From NCBI GenBank assembly GCA_015680685.1, contig MNCI01002540.1, positions 150,742-214,741 on the forward strand: DNA of 64,000 nt. The letters are read 5' to 3'. Shown here one piece after another: positions 24,001-37,216 of the stretch (positions are counted from its first letter, which is position 1; each line of letters starts with the position of its first letter). The notes under the pieces were generated by a model that did no database searches, was not told the DNA's origin, and saw nothing but the letters and a program-made list of their open reading frames with translations. The position numbers and the translations under genes are program-made. Origin of the DNA: Gnetum montanum. Its lineage: Eukaryota; Plantae; Gnetophyta.

Positions 24001-27000
24001 GTAGCTCCTTGGCCTTCTCAAAATTAGCCCAATCAACACAAGGTTCAACCCCCATGCTGTTAGGAGAAACACACTACCTACCACTAACTCTCTTAGTGGT
24101 GATAAATAGTGAGTCCCCAACATTCTCTGGTGGGTTCTAAACCTATATGGTTGGATAAATAAGCTTTATCCAAGGCCTCGCAAGTTGGGATGGGTCTTGG
24201 CTCACCCATTGTCCATTTCTCCTCACCACTAAGAACTCCATGAATCTCCTCAAATATGTTGCAAAGAATGCATAGTGCATATGGCATATCATGGTGAGAT
24301 TCTCTTGGAGTTTGAGGATTTCTTCACATAACCTAGAGGCCAAGTGAGTAGCCCAGTTAAACCAAGCACCTTGTGTTAGAACCTTCATCATGGTCCATAC
24401 CTGGGTAATGCTGATTACCTTTTCTATGATAACAGCTTAGGGTAGGCATGAGATCTGAATAAGAGATAAGATTTCCTTGCTTATGGAACTTGGAAATCTT
24501 ACAAGGCCAACCCAGAATGGCCACGACAAGCACTTGACCATGACTCCACCTCCTTGCGATGGTTTGTCTCCTTAGCTAGTTTGGTGGAAACCCTCATCCC
24601 TTTAGTGAAAACACCAAAGAGCTCACAAAAGGTAGCCTCATTGATGGGCAAGTTGATTAGTACATTATGCACCTTGGTGATGAACTTCTTGGCTTCTTCA
24701 TCGAAGGAGTCAATAATGTTCATCATCTTAGTGGCAGGGATGGTTGGGGTATGTGCCATGAAAAGATTAAGAAAACCTACATGAGGAATGCTTACTTGAA
24801 TATTTCTAAGTGCATGTTCCCTCAACCAATGCTATCTTGATTCCACCTCATTGAATTTCAAGATGAGAGTCTCCTCGAAACATCCTGAAATAACCAAGGT
24901 GACACTAGAGGAGGTGGAATCCCCTGTAAGACATTGAAAATGACCCATTAGCATAAGCATGGATACATTATGTATAACCAAAGTATAACCAGAATAACAA
25001 ATTAAAACCATGCAAACACTTAGAACTAAAATAGCCTAAAACTGTATAACCATGAAAATGTTAGTATAATAAGCCAAACCATAATGATTCCTATCTTTCT
25101 TTTTCTTGCTCAGTGAGGGTTGTGTGGAGGTCCCAGTGATGATTTTCTTCTCTAAAAGATGCTTAGGGAGCATCCACCAACTGTGAGCTGTTTTAGTGGG
25201 CACACAACTCTTAAAGGTTGAAGCAAAAACATCATTGTATTTATCGTAGTCATCCTTTAATTGAACAAAACTTGTGGTTCTTATTATTAAGCTCTTGGTA
25301 AATACACCTACTACAATCTAAGCCACCTCCAATGTTCGATTGTTCTTGATTAAGCCTTGTTCACTAACCTTATACCTACATGACATATATGGAAATCAAT
25401 AAGCTAAGGAAGAATTAGCAAACTGAATAAACCAAAGTAAAAAAAAAAAAAAAACCACAACCATGCTTACCCATCCAAATGGTACATTGTGCCAAGAGGA
25501 TTCTAGAACAATGTGTGGGCCCAGTGCACCACCATCAAGGTGTTCTTAGCATTGTACTGAGAATACTTTAGCATGTTCCAGATTTGGGATAGTTGGTGGG
25601 TTCCCTAGGTGCCTCTCCTATCCAACACATTCCCTTCTACACATGTCTGAAGATCATCCATTATGAACTTTACGATTATGTTGGAAGACCAAGGCAGTAG
25701 GGTTTCCATGATGGCACCAGCTACGTATGTAGCCAAGTGTGACCACATCATTACACTAAAGTTCTAAAGGAGGTTGGTAAGGAACTCCCTTGCCCCTGAT
25801 CAAAACCATAGGGAACCTTGCTATAGAACCATGTCAATAGAAGGAGTGTTGGGTTTAGGGAAGATGATGTAGCAAAGTATCCCCACTAGTTGAACCACCA
25901 CCAAGATGGGCTTAAGGAAGGCCCTACATGGAAACACCACACACTCTTAAAACCATATTTTAAAAATTTTAAAAAAAACTAGCAAAAAACTAGGAACAAT
26001 CATAACCATAGCCAAGTGTAAAAATAACCATACAGCACTTTGAATTTCATGAGAACTTTGTCAAACACCCTAGTTAATGGTGAAACTAGCCATTGTAAAA
26101 ACATTAGGGGGGTTAGTTTAAAATTCTTTAAAATTTCAAAAATAAACATTCAAATAGCCTAGGAAAATATTAAACATGATAACTAGAATTACAACAACAT
26201 CTACATTACAATTCCAAACTTAAAATAGACTGAAAACACTATGCAAAACTGTAACCAAGTTTAACAAAAAATTCACAATTCCACACTAAAACTAAGAAAA
26301 TGGCCATAGGAAATCACTCACAAAAAATATCAAAACATTTTTATCATTAATCAAAATAGCTTGAGACCACTCCTAACATCCCCTAGTTTCCTCATAAACA
26401 TGGGACATTAATAGGAAAAATCATTCAATGTGTTAACATTGCCCATCTTTAAGGGGTAAAATCACTAAAGCCTAAAAACTTCAATTCACATAACCTTACA
26501 AGAAAAATCATAAAAAATCAACCACTTAATGAAATTTAATGATTCACAATCATTTAAATCCTAAAACCTTAAAATAAACACCCAAAAATAAAAACCTTAA
26601 AAATTCTTAGTCACTGTTTCAGAAAATGTTGCCAGAGAGGCATATACCTAGTCGTCATGGTAAAACCCCAATTTTCTCAAGTTTAGTAAAAAATTTGCCT
26701 AAAATAAAATATAACTCCAAAATTAGTGATTCTAGGATCATTGAATCCATAAACGAAGAACTACATACCCATAACTTAAAAACATAAAAACACCTTGTTG
26801 TTTTTTCAAAAAATATTTGTGAAGTAACATGAAAACTAGAAAAAAACATGAAAACACACTTATACCAGTTGATTGAAAAATTCATCATAACTCCAAATTG
26901 TGTCAAACCATAGTCATTTGATACTTAAGACCTAAAAATAAAAATCCATAACTTTAAAAAATTATAATTCATAGCCATTTTTTGCACAAAAATTACATAA

Positions 27001-27570
27001 AGTACACCAAAAAATAGCAGAAACAACAAAACCCCTGTGAATTGAGTAATGGAGAAATTCATAGAGAATTATTTGTGAGCTCGAATCCAATGGTTCAACC
27101 ACTGTTCTAATTGTGAAACACCAAAGTAAAATCTATAGAACCAAAAATTAAAAATTCATAACCATTTTCTGAATGAAAAATTCCGAAGTAGTGTTGAATT
27201 TTTAGCCAAAACAACAAAAAATACACAAGAATTAACTAAAACAAAATTCAAAACCTACATATAACTAGATTGAAGTGACTGAGAAACACTGAAAACATAT
27301 AATTTCCATCAAATAAGAGGTTGGAATTTTACCATAATTCAATTTTAACCAACATAATAATCTAGATATTAAAAAACACCCAATTTCTAGAATGGGAAAA
27401 AAATAAAAAATGGCCAAAAACACATGAAAAATGGATAGGAATGTCCTACCTTGAGGTGATGGCTATTTATCTTTCCCAATCATGGGCTGTGGTAGATTAG
27501 AGATGCCTTTTGCTACTGCATCAACATCTTGTAGGATGGGGTTCTTGTTGTTGCTTCTATTCTTCTTCAT
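21008..27570 (-). pseudogene. Decayed multi-exon antisense gene inside element B (FCP1/NIF phosphatase-like domain + transposon-protein-like domain + coiled coil)
   Basis: Coding-like blocks alternate with short T-rich (minus strand) GT-AG introns: 25470..25376, 23567..23481 and 23342..23191 all preserve phase; further donors at 27449, 26647 and 23868, acceptors at 25924 and 24924. Includes ORF-track fragments 24499..24825, 24143..24391, 22892..23116 and 22458..22730. In-frame stops are mostly explicable as CAG/CAA/CGA > TAG/TAA/TGA. Confidence 0.75.
21220..22462 (+). mobile_element. Element C: isolated copia (SIRE-like) LTR with adjacent PPT
   Basis: GGGGGAAGA PPT then TGTTGAA start; AGAAGACGTCTCC-type repeats 21605-21770; TATAAG near 21826; duplicated block 22108/22213; C-rich ATTCATCCCCCCT signal then TTCAAC end. 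No partner LTR or clean TSD found. Confidence 0.7.
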
Positions 27571-29873
27571 GGTGTTGGATGGGAGTGTGGAGAAGCTGTC
27601 AAAAAACATTTGAAAATCTATAGGAATCTGGGTGGTAGAGCTATTCTAGGTATAATCTTAACTAACAACACTAGGAATGGATTAGTTTTATGCAAACATT
27701 TCTATCATAGCTCTTTAGCAATGTATTGCTAGGAGAGGAATGAATTGTGTGGATGATTTTTGCACAAAATAACCATAAAAATCAAGTTTCAACCTAAGTA
27801 CATACTTCACACTTCCATTTCCAAATCCATGCACTAAAACTCATGGTGCACTGGTAGTTCCACTGGGGGAAAGTCCAAGCAACACTATGATGGTGGGAGT
27901 TATAAACAAAGTTCAAAAATTTGAATTTGGGTGGGCCACACTAGGTGCCTCCTAAGAAAAGTAGATTTTGAGCCTTGAAACCTCTTTTATGGTGGGGTTT
28001 AACCCCCTTGAAACCCATGAAAGCCTTTCCCAACCTCATACGCTCCTCACCCATGCCAGGTAGCATGGATCCAGAATGGGTCCTGGCCTCCCATGCCTCA
28101 CAACCATGAAACCTTGATCCCCTTGCCATTTTTAGAAGTTGAAGTTGACATTGCCAAATCCCAAGCCTTGGCAAAAGCCAGAACCCTCTATGCAACTTGA
28201 TACTCTAGGCAACCATGCTGAGAAAGACCCCATCCACATTGGCTAGTGTTGTCCAAGGGGGTTTAACGCTCACCAATATCAATCAACCCTTGATTCAACC
28301 TTAAAATTAATCCCCAAAGCCTAAAACCCCACTAGACATCCCTAGTAGCTATGAAACCTTGTCAAATCTAGTCGAAAGTGTCAAAAACATTAGGATTTGG
28401 TGGAGCCATGTTGGGGGGCTTCCCATCCATGCTTGCCAATGTGGCTCCAACATGGATGAGTAGAGTAGAACCTTAAAACCTTGAAATTGACCTCCTAGTT
28501 AACAAGTTTTCATCTCAACACTTCCCCATAGCCTCTAACAACCAAAAATAAGTTGAGTTTCATGCTTCCTACCTATTCCATGTTGGCTAGTGTGGATCTA
28601 GCATGGATACTAATACCTCAAAATAGCCTTAAAAATTACTTCCATAGCCTTAACACCTCTCCCTAGCATGTGGTAGTTAAGAGTTATCAAAATCTAAGTT
28701 AAAATTTAGTTCTAAGAACATGACCACACTGGGGAAACCTCCACCCATGCTAGCCAATGTGGGTACTTTGGGGGTGACCCATAAAACCTAATTCATGACT
28801 TGAAATAGCCTTAAAACCTACCCCTATGACCTTAGAACCCTATCAGATACTCCTAGAATCATCGCACGCCCCAAAATAGACCTAAGAATGGCAAAAGCTA
28901 TCATCCCCCTCCATCCATGTTGGAGTCATGCTGGCCAACGTGGCTCAAGGGGGGGGGGGGGGATTACTATGAAAAATGTCAAATATCCTTCAAAGTGATT
29001 AATTTCAATATCAAAATCCTACTATTAACATTTGCAACCTTAAGAACTCACATGCCTAGTTGATGGGATGCGATATCGCATGGGTCGCGATATCGCATCT
29101 TCCCCTGCAATATCGATTACGCGATATCGCAGTGCGTCATCAAATCTATAAATAAGAGGTGGCTCTCCCTTGTTTCACCATCTAGATCTAGACCTTAGCC
29201 AAAATCTTGTAGTTTTTCCATTCCAGAGTTAGAGTAATTTCCATGTGCCCTTAGTAGGAGTCCCAAAGTGAATAGATCTTTATTTGAGCAAATATTGTAC
29301 CTGAGCACAAGTTTGTGTACGAAAATAAAGACGAACTTTTGGATAAACCTTGCAATGCATGGACTAAGCTAAATAGGACTTTAATTATTTTTATTTATTT
29401 TTCATCATTTAAATGCTTTATTAGTTAATTAAATCTCTCTCAACCCTTCTCTCATAGTTAAGTGCATTTAGTACGACCGCTTCGAGCATGTGCGTTATGC
29501 TTGGTAATCCCAGTAACGAATAGCATTTGGTACTCCGAGAGGGTTGCATTGGTTCAGGGTGTGAATGGCAAGTGGGAATGGATACTGATGCTAGGCATTA
29601 GAACTTAGTTAGTTAGAGTTAGTTACTTAGTCTCTTCACCCTTTCCCTCATTAGCATAGGCGATAAAACATACAAGACATAAAAATCACATACCTCAGAC
29701 TTTCTTAACCATACAACCGTGAAAAATACAAGTAAGTCTGGGAAGACAATGAATGATTAACCTTAAGTGTTTCATAAGGTGTGTAGGCACTTAGTCTATG
29801 GAGTTTGACTGGATCACATGTGTAACACTTGTATTCGTATGGTTGAGTGTAGGGGTACCTCGTGACTCATCAT

Positions 29874-29891
29874 TGGCATCGTTGCCGGGGA
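29874..29891 (+). other. Primer binding site, tRNA-Asp type
   Basis: TGGCATCGTTGCCGGGGA versus TGGCGCCGTTGCCGGGGA (complement of the plant tRNA-Asp 3' end), directly after the LTR end CATCA. Confidence 0.85.
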
Positions 29892-30017
29892 CTAAGTTGT
29901 TTGTGTGCTAAGTAGAACATAGGAAATCATCCACATCATTGGGAAGCTTAAACGAACCCTTAGGGTTAATCAGAAGAAAATTTAAACTATGGTCAATAGC
30001 ACACCGACAAAACAACA

Positions 30018-33000
30018 ATGTATTCTTCTTCTCATAAAAGCACTTCACCACCTAGGGATCACACAAGAGACAGTTAGTGACACAACATACGTAACCCAGA
30101 ACCGCCAGTTCCTCAATAGTATCGGNACACAACATACGTAACCCAGAACCGCCAGTTCCTCAACAGTATCAGGTGGTATATACTCATCACGATGAGTATA
30201 TACCCAATTTTACTTTTATCCTCCATCAGGATGAACAACTGTGCTGGAGAGACCTGCAAGGTAACATAGTGTTACCCCTAGATCGGGCAGTCCCTAACAT
30301 GCTCCTTCGTGATTTGCATAGATAGGCATGACAGAATTATATGCTGAATATGTTACAGAAGAGTATGACATAAGGGATTACCATCCCACAGTGGCGCAAT
30401 GTCTAAGGGACTCACGGTAGGAGAGTTATCACACATCGTTGAAGGGCAAAGGACCCTGCAACGCTTCTCCTGTCATAAGAGAAGTTAAGGGTGGTGAACC
30501 TATCTCAATAGGTTCTCCACAAAATGATGTTCCCCCTCCTCACGATGGTGAGGAGGTAGGGTATCAAAACCTACACTCTACGATTCACAACCCTGGTTTT
30601 GATTCCCATGAACACCAACTGTTCAATGAGGGAACATAAACACATGACAAAGGCAAGAAATCTAATCGTCATCACGATTGGGACCATAGCCATCGAAGAG
30701 AAGGTAAGAAACATCATCATGGCGATGGTTCCCCTTCTTATTCCCCTTCATCACATCATTCACCCTCTCCTTCCACATTAGGATGCAGTCACAAAGAGCA
30801 CAACGGTGAGGATAAGGGTAAGCGAGATGAGAGACCTCGATGAGAGATTCAAGAGCAAGGACGAGGGAATTATAGAGAGTCAAGGCATGAACGAAGGGAA
30901 AGTAGGGAACCATGTAGGCATCATAGACATCATGAGAGAGATGATCATGATGAACCCCTACTAGAAACCCAAAGTATGTTAGACATTATGAAGGCAGTTC
31001 GAATACCTACAAGGCATCAAAAAGATAGTCGGATCAAGAGACTAGACATGAATAATATCCCACAGTTTGAGGGGGGATACAATGCTAAACTGCAGAATCA
31101 CTTACAGGCATTCCACGATGCCTGTGCCTTGCAGAATATTGAAAACAAGTGGCAGAAGTTAAAGTTGTTCCCTAGGACACTCATAAAGGAAATGGAAAGC
31201 TGGTACCGATCCTTAGAACCGGAAACCATTACAAGGTGGAGTACGATGCTCGAACTGTTTAATGATAAATATCAAACATACTCCCAAGTGTCCAACTTGC
31301 GGAAAAAGATCCAATGATGGAAGAAGGGTACTCAAGAACCCTTGGATGCTGCCATGGGACGATATTATGCATTACTACATCGTTGCCTAGGCCATGGTTA
31401 CGCACAACGGGATCAACTCCGCCACCTCGTAGATGGGCTAAGACATGAAACCAGGAGAATCCTTGGAACATATGCCCAAGGGAGATTATCAGAACTTAGG
31501 TCCCATGAAATTCATTGATTGTTGGAGCAAGTAGCTATAGAAGAAGGGGAGCTACAGAAAAGAGAAAGCACAGAAGAGTACAACCGCGATCCTTCCCTCC
31601 GAAAGAGGGGAGTAAGATTCTATGAGGAAGAGGATGAGTCACCACTCGAAGAGTTGGTCAATAGAAAAACCTTGTTGCTTCAGAAATTAACAACGAAAGT
31701 GTTGGCTAAGGTAGATGAAATATGGAGCTCCTTAGATAGTAAAATTGAAACTGTCCTAAAAATCGTAGAGGAGTCTAAGGAGGAGCGAAGTAGTGATCAT
31801 GATAAGAAAAAGCAGATAGATTCAGATCATGCATGTAACAAGGGTAAGGAAAAAATGACTATCACTGGTGAGGTTGTGGATTCTGACACGGACAATGACG
31901 GTGGATATGAGATCTGCCAATATGACCATCCTAAGGGATGTTGCCCAATAATCTTACATCTGCAAGATTCTGGGATGTATGCACTTAACACAAGACTTAA
32001 CAAATAGCAAGCACCCCAAAGGTTACCTTATTCCCAAGGTAACCCAAGGTAGTTCCACCAGTCGTTAACATATTATCCAAGTGGAGCTCCACCACAACCT
32101 ATTGGGCAACACCAGTAGTGGCAACACCACAATCATGGGGGATGCCATCGCCTAGGCAACAATACCCTTATCGGCAACTAGACCTGTATGGCTATTACGT
32201 GCAGCAGCTGGTTTCTCCAAGTGACTCTATGGGTCACACAACCCCACAACGTCACTACCAAGTTTGGGAGTATTTTAGGACTCATTCTCCTCCGGGAGAC
32301 ACACTACATGCATACCATCCTCCAAATCCATCCACATCTTTTACGCCAATAGTTCCACTACCACCCACTCCAACGATGCAAGGGGAACTCCCCACTCAAC
32401 CATAGCAACGTAATGCTATAAGAGCTATAAACCTTCAACCCATTGCTGGTTCTAACAACTACACAAAAAAAGACCTTTTTTTAGAACCAAAAGCCCAAAC
32501 AAGCTTTCACAACCACAAGCGGTTGAGTCTGTGCATGCTCCTCCAACAAATAAGGCTTTGGAGCTCCCTTCAAACAAACAACAGGGCTCAATGCATACGG
32601 TTATGTTAACACATACCATTACTAACTGGATAAAGGTGGGCCACCTTCCCAGGAAACTCTCTAACCCTGGAAGTCCCTTAATCTACCTCCAAGTCGTTGG
32701 GAACGAACCACGTAAGGCTCTTCTTGACTCAAGTTCCGGAGTCAACTTAATCTCACGAGAAATGTATAAATCCTGGAACCTACCTCCACTTAACAAGAGA
32801 AGTATTCAACTAGAGCTGGTTGACCAGTCCATCACCATTCCTTTGGGATTGGCGGAGGACATCATTACCACAGTGTGTGGTTGGTCATACCCAGCTGATT
32901 TCCTGGTGATAGAAGTCAACAGCAACAAAGGGGACTTTCCAATTATAATGGGGAGGGCATGGCTCAGCACCATCAATGCATGCCTAGGAATCTGTGATCT

Positions 33001-33366
33001 TTCCTTGGAAATATTTAAGGAAAACATTTATGGAAAGATCGAGAAGAAGAAAGTTCCATGCATCACATACAGTGACTCAGAGGGTGATGACATGGAGGAA
33101 TGCTTAGCATCTCTTGCATACAACTGGTGTGCCCAAGAAACTCAAATACAAAGGTGCCTATATGTAGCAATCACACAACAAGAGAATACCTAGTGGTTGA
33201 CAACTAATCAAGAGAGCAAACCACCAACATGCATGGAACGAACTGGGGGAAAAGCTTGCACCTACAACGAAAGCATAGATACATTGGAATATGAGCGTTG
33301 CCAACTTCCAACCCTTAACCTGAAAAAATCAATTGGGAGAAGCTGGACACTTTTAAGAAATTCAAA
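30018..33366 (+). pseudogene. Element D gag-protease, degenerate
   Basis: ORFs 30976..31317 (NNIPQFEGGY..HLQAFHDACALQ), 31519..32007 and 32531..33193 (ALLDSSSGVNLI..DFLVI..IIMGRAWL); colinear with A 8738..12070. Confidence 0.88.
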
Positions 33367-36300
33367 TAAACATTCATTATTTTGGATCTCTCCCTTCCAA
33401 TTCAGTCATGGGGGAGATAGCCACCTATGCTGATAATTTGAGACTCTCAGTTCTTTTAAGTTTTTTGTTTTGCACATTTTTGTTTTACAAATTCCTTTAA
33501 CTTTTCTTGTTTTTGTTTTACAACATTGTTTATACTTTTTCTTTTATTTGTGTGCATGTCTATGTGTGCTTATCTATTTTATTAAGTTTGTCACCCAATA
33601 AGTGCTCTAATAATGGTATGAACTGTTTTCTACTGGTTGCTAATATTTGGCTTTTACCTTTAAGATTACGATGTGGATACTAAGGTATGGTTCTTTTGAT
33701 ATGACAGGCAATGAGTCCACTTCATCCATACATCCACAAATTTCTATGGTCTCTCTTTGCTTGGAACTGTACAGCCCCTTTCTCAATAATAAGAACTATA
33801 ATGAATTGGTGACTGGGAATTTCTCAAACTAAGGAAGGACTCAAGGATTGAATAGGGTGTGACTTCAAGGGGATTTGATGAATTTGTGTTGGCCATTCTC
33901 TTCGGTGCTTGTATGTTTTCTTTTTGAGTTTTCTTACCATTTTGACATTGCTCCATGTTTGAATTCCTATTTGGTACACTAGTTAAATTCTTTCCCTTAA
34001 CATTTTTGCAATCCACTCTATTTTGTTCATTTCCATCCTGACATCTATTTCATTGACGTTATAGTTGTCTCTTTTTCTCCATATTTCTTGTTCTTTTTCT
34101 TTCTCATTTCTATCGCTATTGGAGGTTCGCTCTTAGTCATGGGGGTCCTGACCCAATTTTATTAATTTTCTCCTAACCCCTACACCTTCGGTAGTCACCA
34201 CTATTATATCCCTAGACCCATATCAGCCATACCACAACTCAGCCAATGGACCTTTCATCGAAGTAAGGTATCAAATGCATTATGATTCATTTACCCTTGC
34301 TAATATAAAGACTGTGTTATGTGTGTAGATGGCAATCATATAACAACGGATTAGATCTGGAGGGAACACTTAGAATGGATCGGTGCTAAAGCAGCTATGC
34401 AAGGAACAAGATGGATGTTGCACTTATGGATAGACAACGAAAGGTGCAATCTTGGCATTGGCAGCAGTAAACTTCTTCTGTCTTCTCTCTTCTCTCTCAG
34501 CTGCCAAATAAGGCCTAATGTCAAATGTATAAGGTGTTCACTCTTATTGTCGTGAACACCAGTTTTGTAATGTTCTGTAATGATCATTCGTTCACATGTC
34601 ATCCCATTCACCATTATTTCCATTCAAGTCAATAATCCCATACCTTTCCAATATTTTGTAAGGAACTCGAGGACGAGTTTTTATTCAGTCATGGGGGTAT
34701 GATGGGACGCGATATCACATGGGCCGCAATATCGCATCTTCCCCTGCGATATCACGTATGCAATATCGCAACGTGTCGCCAAATCTATAAATAAGAGGCG
34801 GCTCTCCCTTGTTTCACCATCTAGATCTAGACCTTAGCCAAACTATTGCAGTTTTTCCATTCCAGAGTTAGAGTAATTTCCATGTGCCCACAGTAGGAGT
34901 CCTAAAGTGAACGGATCTTTATTCGAGCAAATATTGTACCTNAGTAATCCTAGAAGGTTGCATTGGTTCAGGGTGTGAACGGCAAGTGGGAACAGATATT
35001 GATGCTAGGCATTAGAACTTAGTTAGTTAAAGTTAGTTACTTAGTCTCTTCACCCTTTNNNNNNNNNNNNNNNNNNNNNNNNNNNTAACCCTTCTCTCAT
35101 AGTTAAGTGCATTCAGTACGACTGCTTCGAGCACGTGCGTTACACTTGGTAATCCCAGTAACGAATAGTGTTTAGTAATCCCAGAAGGTTGCATTGGTTC
35201 AGGGTGTGAACGGCAAGTGGGAACAGATACTGATGCTAGGCATTAGAACTTAGTTAGTTAAAGTTAGTTACTTAGTCTCTTCACCCTTTCCCTCATTAGC
35301 ATAGGTGATAAAACATAAAAGACATAAAAATCACATACCTCAGACTTGCTTAACCATACAACTGTGACAAATACAAGTAAGTCTGGGAAGACAATGAACA
35401 ATTAACCTTAAGTGTTTCATAAGGCATGTAGGCACTTAGTTTGCAGAGTTCGATCGGAACACACGTGTAATGCTTGTATTCGTATGGTTGAGTGTAGGGG
35501 TACCTCACCACTCATCATTGGTTAATTTACTTTTAAAACTTATCAAAAGTCAACAACCTAAAGTTCCTTACCACTTTTGGTAATACATCAACATGCCTAG
35601 AAGCCTAAAACCTACCCCAATAGAGCCTAGAACCCTGAAACTTGCAACTAACATCATTTTTATCTTGTTTTGGTCATTAAAACTCATTAGGCCCCCTCAC
35701 CAACGTTGGAGCACTGCTACCTAGCATGGCTTAGGGGGGTATGATCTTACCATACCTCAAACAACCATCAAACTTGGTCAGTTTTAAGCCAAAACTTCAA
35801 ATATCACTACTAGCAACCCCAAAATCTTGAAAAATTGGTCTGATTGCCTTTGAAATCATCCCAGGATCAAAAAGTAGAAGTATCCACATTGAGAGGTCCT
35901 AGAGCCATGCTAGCTAGCGTGGCCTCAATGTGGGTAAGGTTCCCAACAAGATTCTACTTGAAAAACACCCTTCAAATGGCCACAAAACTCAACTGGTGGG
36001 CACCCAATTGCAAAACCCTGGATTCAATTGCAATTTGACCTTGTTTTGGCCATGTAATAGTTCAAATCTAGAATATCCATGTTGGCTAGCAGGGATTTGA
36101 GGGATATAACCCTAAAACCTACTTCCATTACAAGATTTGACCTCCAAAATGATCAATTGTGAGTATTGAGATCCTACGCTACCTTGGGAAGACCATAGAA
36201 CACCGATTTTAACCCTTTGGATGCCATGAAATTAATTTTTCCTAGTAGCCATCATAGGCTCATGTTGGTCAATGTTTCTCTAGTATGGGTGGTAGTTCTA

Positions 36301-37216
36301 GGCTTCAATGAATATTTCCAGAGGTTGAAATTAATGCTAGAATTAACCTATTTGGTTCCCTAATCCACTACGGTGATGATACAAGTGATTGAAAGTCAAA
36401 AGTTGCTTGAAATTAACCTAAGAAATCACTTGACCATATCATCCACACTGGAGTCATCCAAACAATGCTAGCCAATGTGGATCTAGCATGGATGCCCAAA
36501 AAACCTTTATTTTTAACCTAAAACAACCTTAAAATAATCTCTATAGATGCTAAAACTCACCTATCAAACTTGTAGCCTTATACCAAAGCCTGCCAAGGCC
36601 TAAAACTTGTAAAATCTAACCCTTTTAGACTACTATTGGTAATGTTTTACCACATGTATTTCACTTTGATTGATTTGACTTTGTTTCATGGTGTTTTGAC
36701 TTGTTTTGATCTTGTTATGCATTGTTGACCTTCACTACCTTCAGTTGACCTCATTTAGCCTCTACATTACTTTAGTATCCCTATACCAACATTATCTTCT
36801 CTATTATGACCCATGTTGATCCTTGTTTAGCCTTTGATTAGTGTTAGGTAATGGGGTTTGACCATTCTGGACCATCATTTGACACCATGTAATTATGACC
36901 TACTAAGGTCCTAAACTAGCACCATGGCCCGCTAAGGCCTAAAATTGACAAAATGTAACCTTAGTTGACCATTTTCGACCTTAATTTTCATACTTTCATT
37001 GCACTTCAACTTGTTTGGACCTTGACCTTATGTGGCCTTTTTTTTGTCTTATTTGTCCTCACCTACATCTTATAGCTTTGGTTGACCTTATTTGCATCTT
37101 GTTTGACCTTGAAATAACATGTGTTTGCATAATTACTAAGATATTTTATATCATTTTGGCATTATTTACTTATTTTTACCCAAGTGCCACTTCATGTGCT
37201 TATGGTTAACATGCAG

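Larger units (their letters stand above)
29061..35517 (+). mobile_element. Element D: non-autonomous Athila-like LTR element (gag + protease only)
   Basis: LTRs 29061..29872 and 34700..35517 (highly similar); PBS 29874..29891; PPT atgggggta; flanks CTAGT/TTGGT (compatible with an ancestral CTGGT TSD); no RT/RH/INT motifs seen. Confidence 0.9.

Noticed and set aside
21008-27570. Interpreting the antisense gene as an intact host gene
   Set aside because: It has many stops, lies between paired B LTRs with a TSD, and shares B-specific motifs upstream; treated as decayed TE cargo.
30080-30175. Tandem duplication of about 47 bp in D gag
   Set aside because: The copies are joined by an n; most likely a contig-overlap artefact.
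34942-35290. Duplicated segment in the 3' LTR of D
   Set aside because: Bounded by an n and an N-run (35059-35085) and absent from the 5' LTR; assembly artefact likely.
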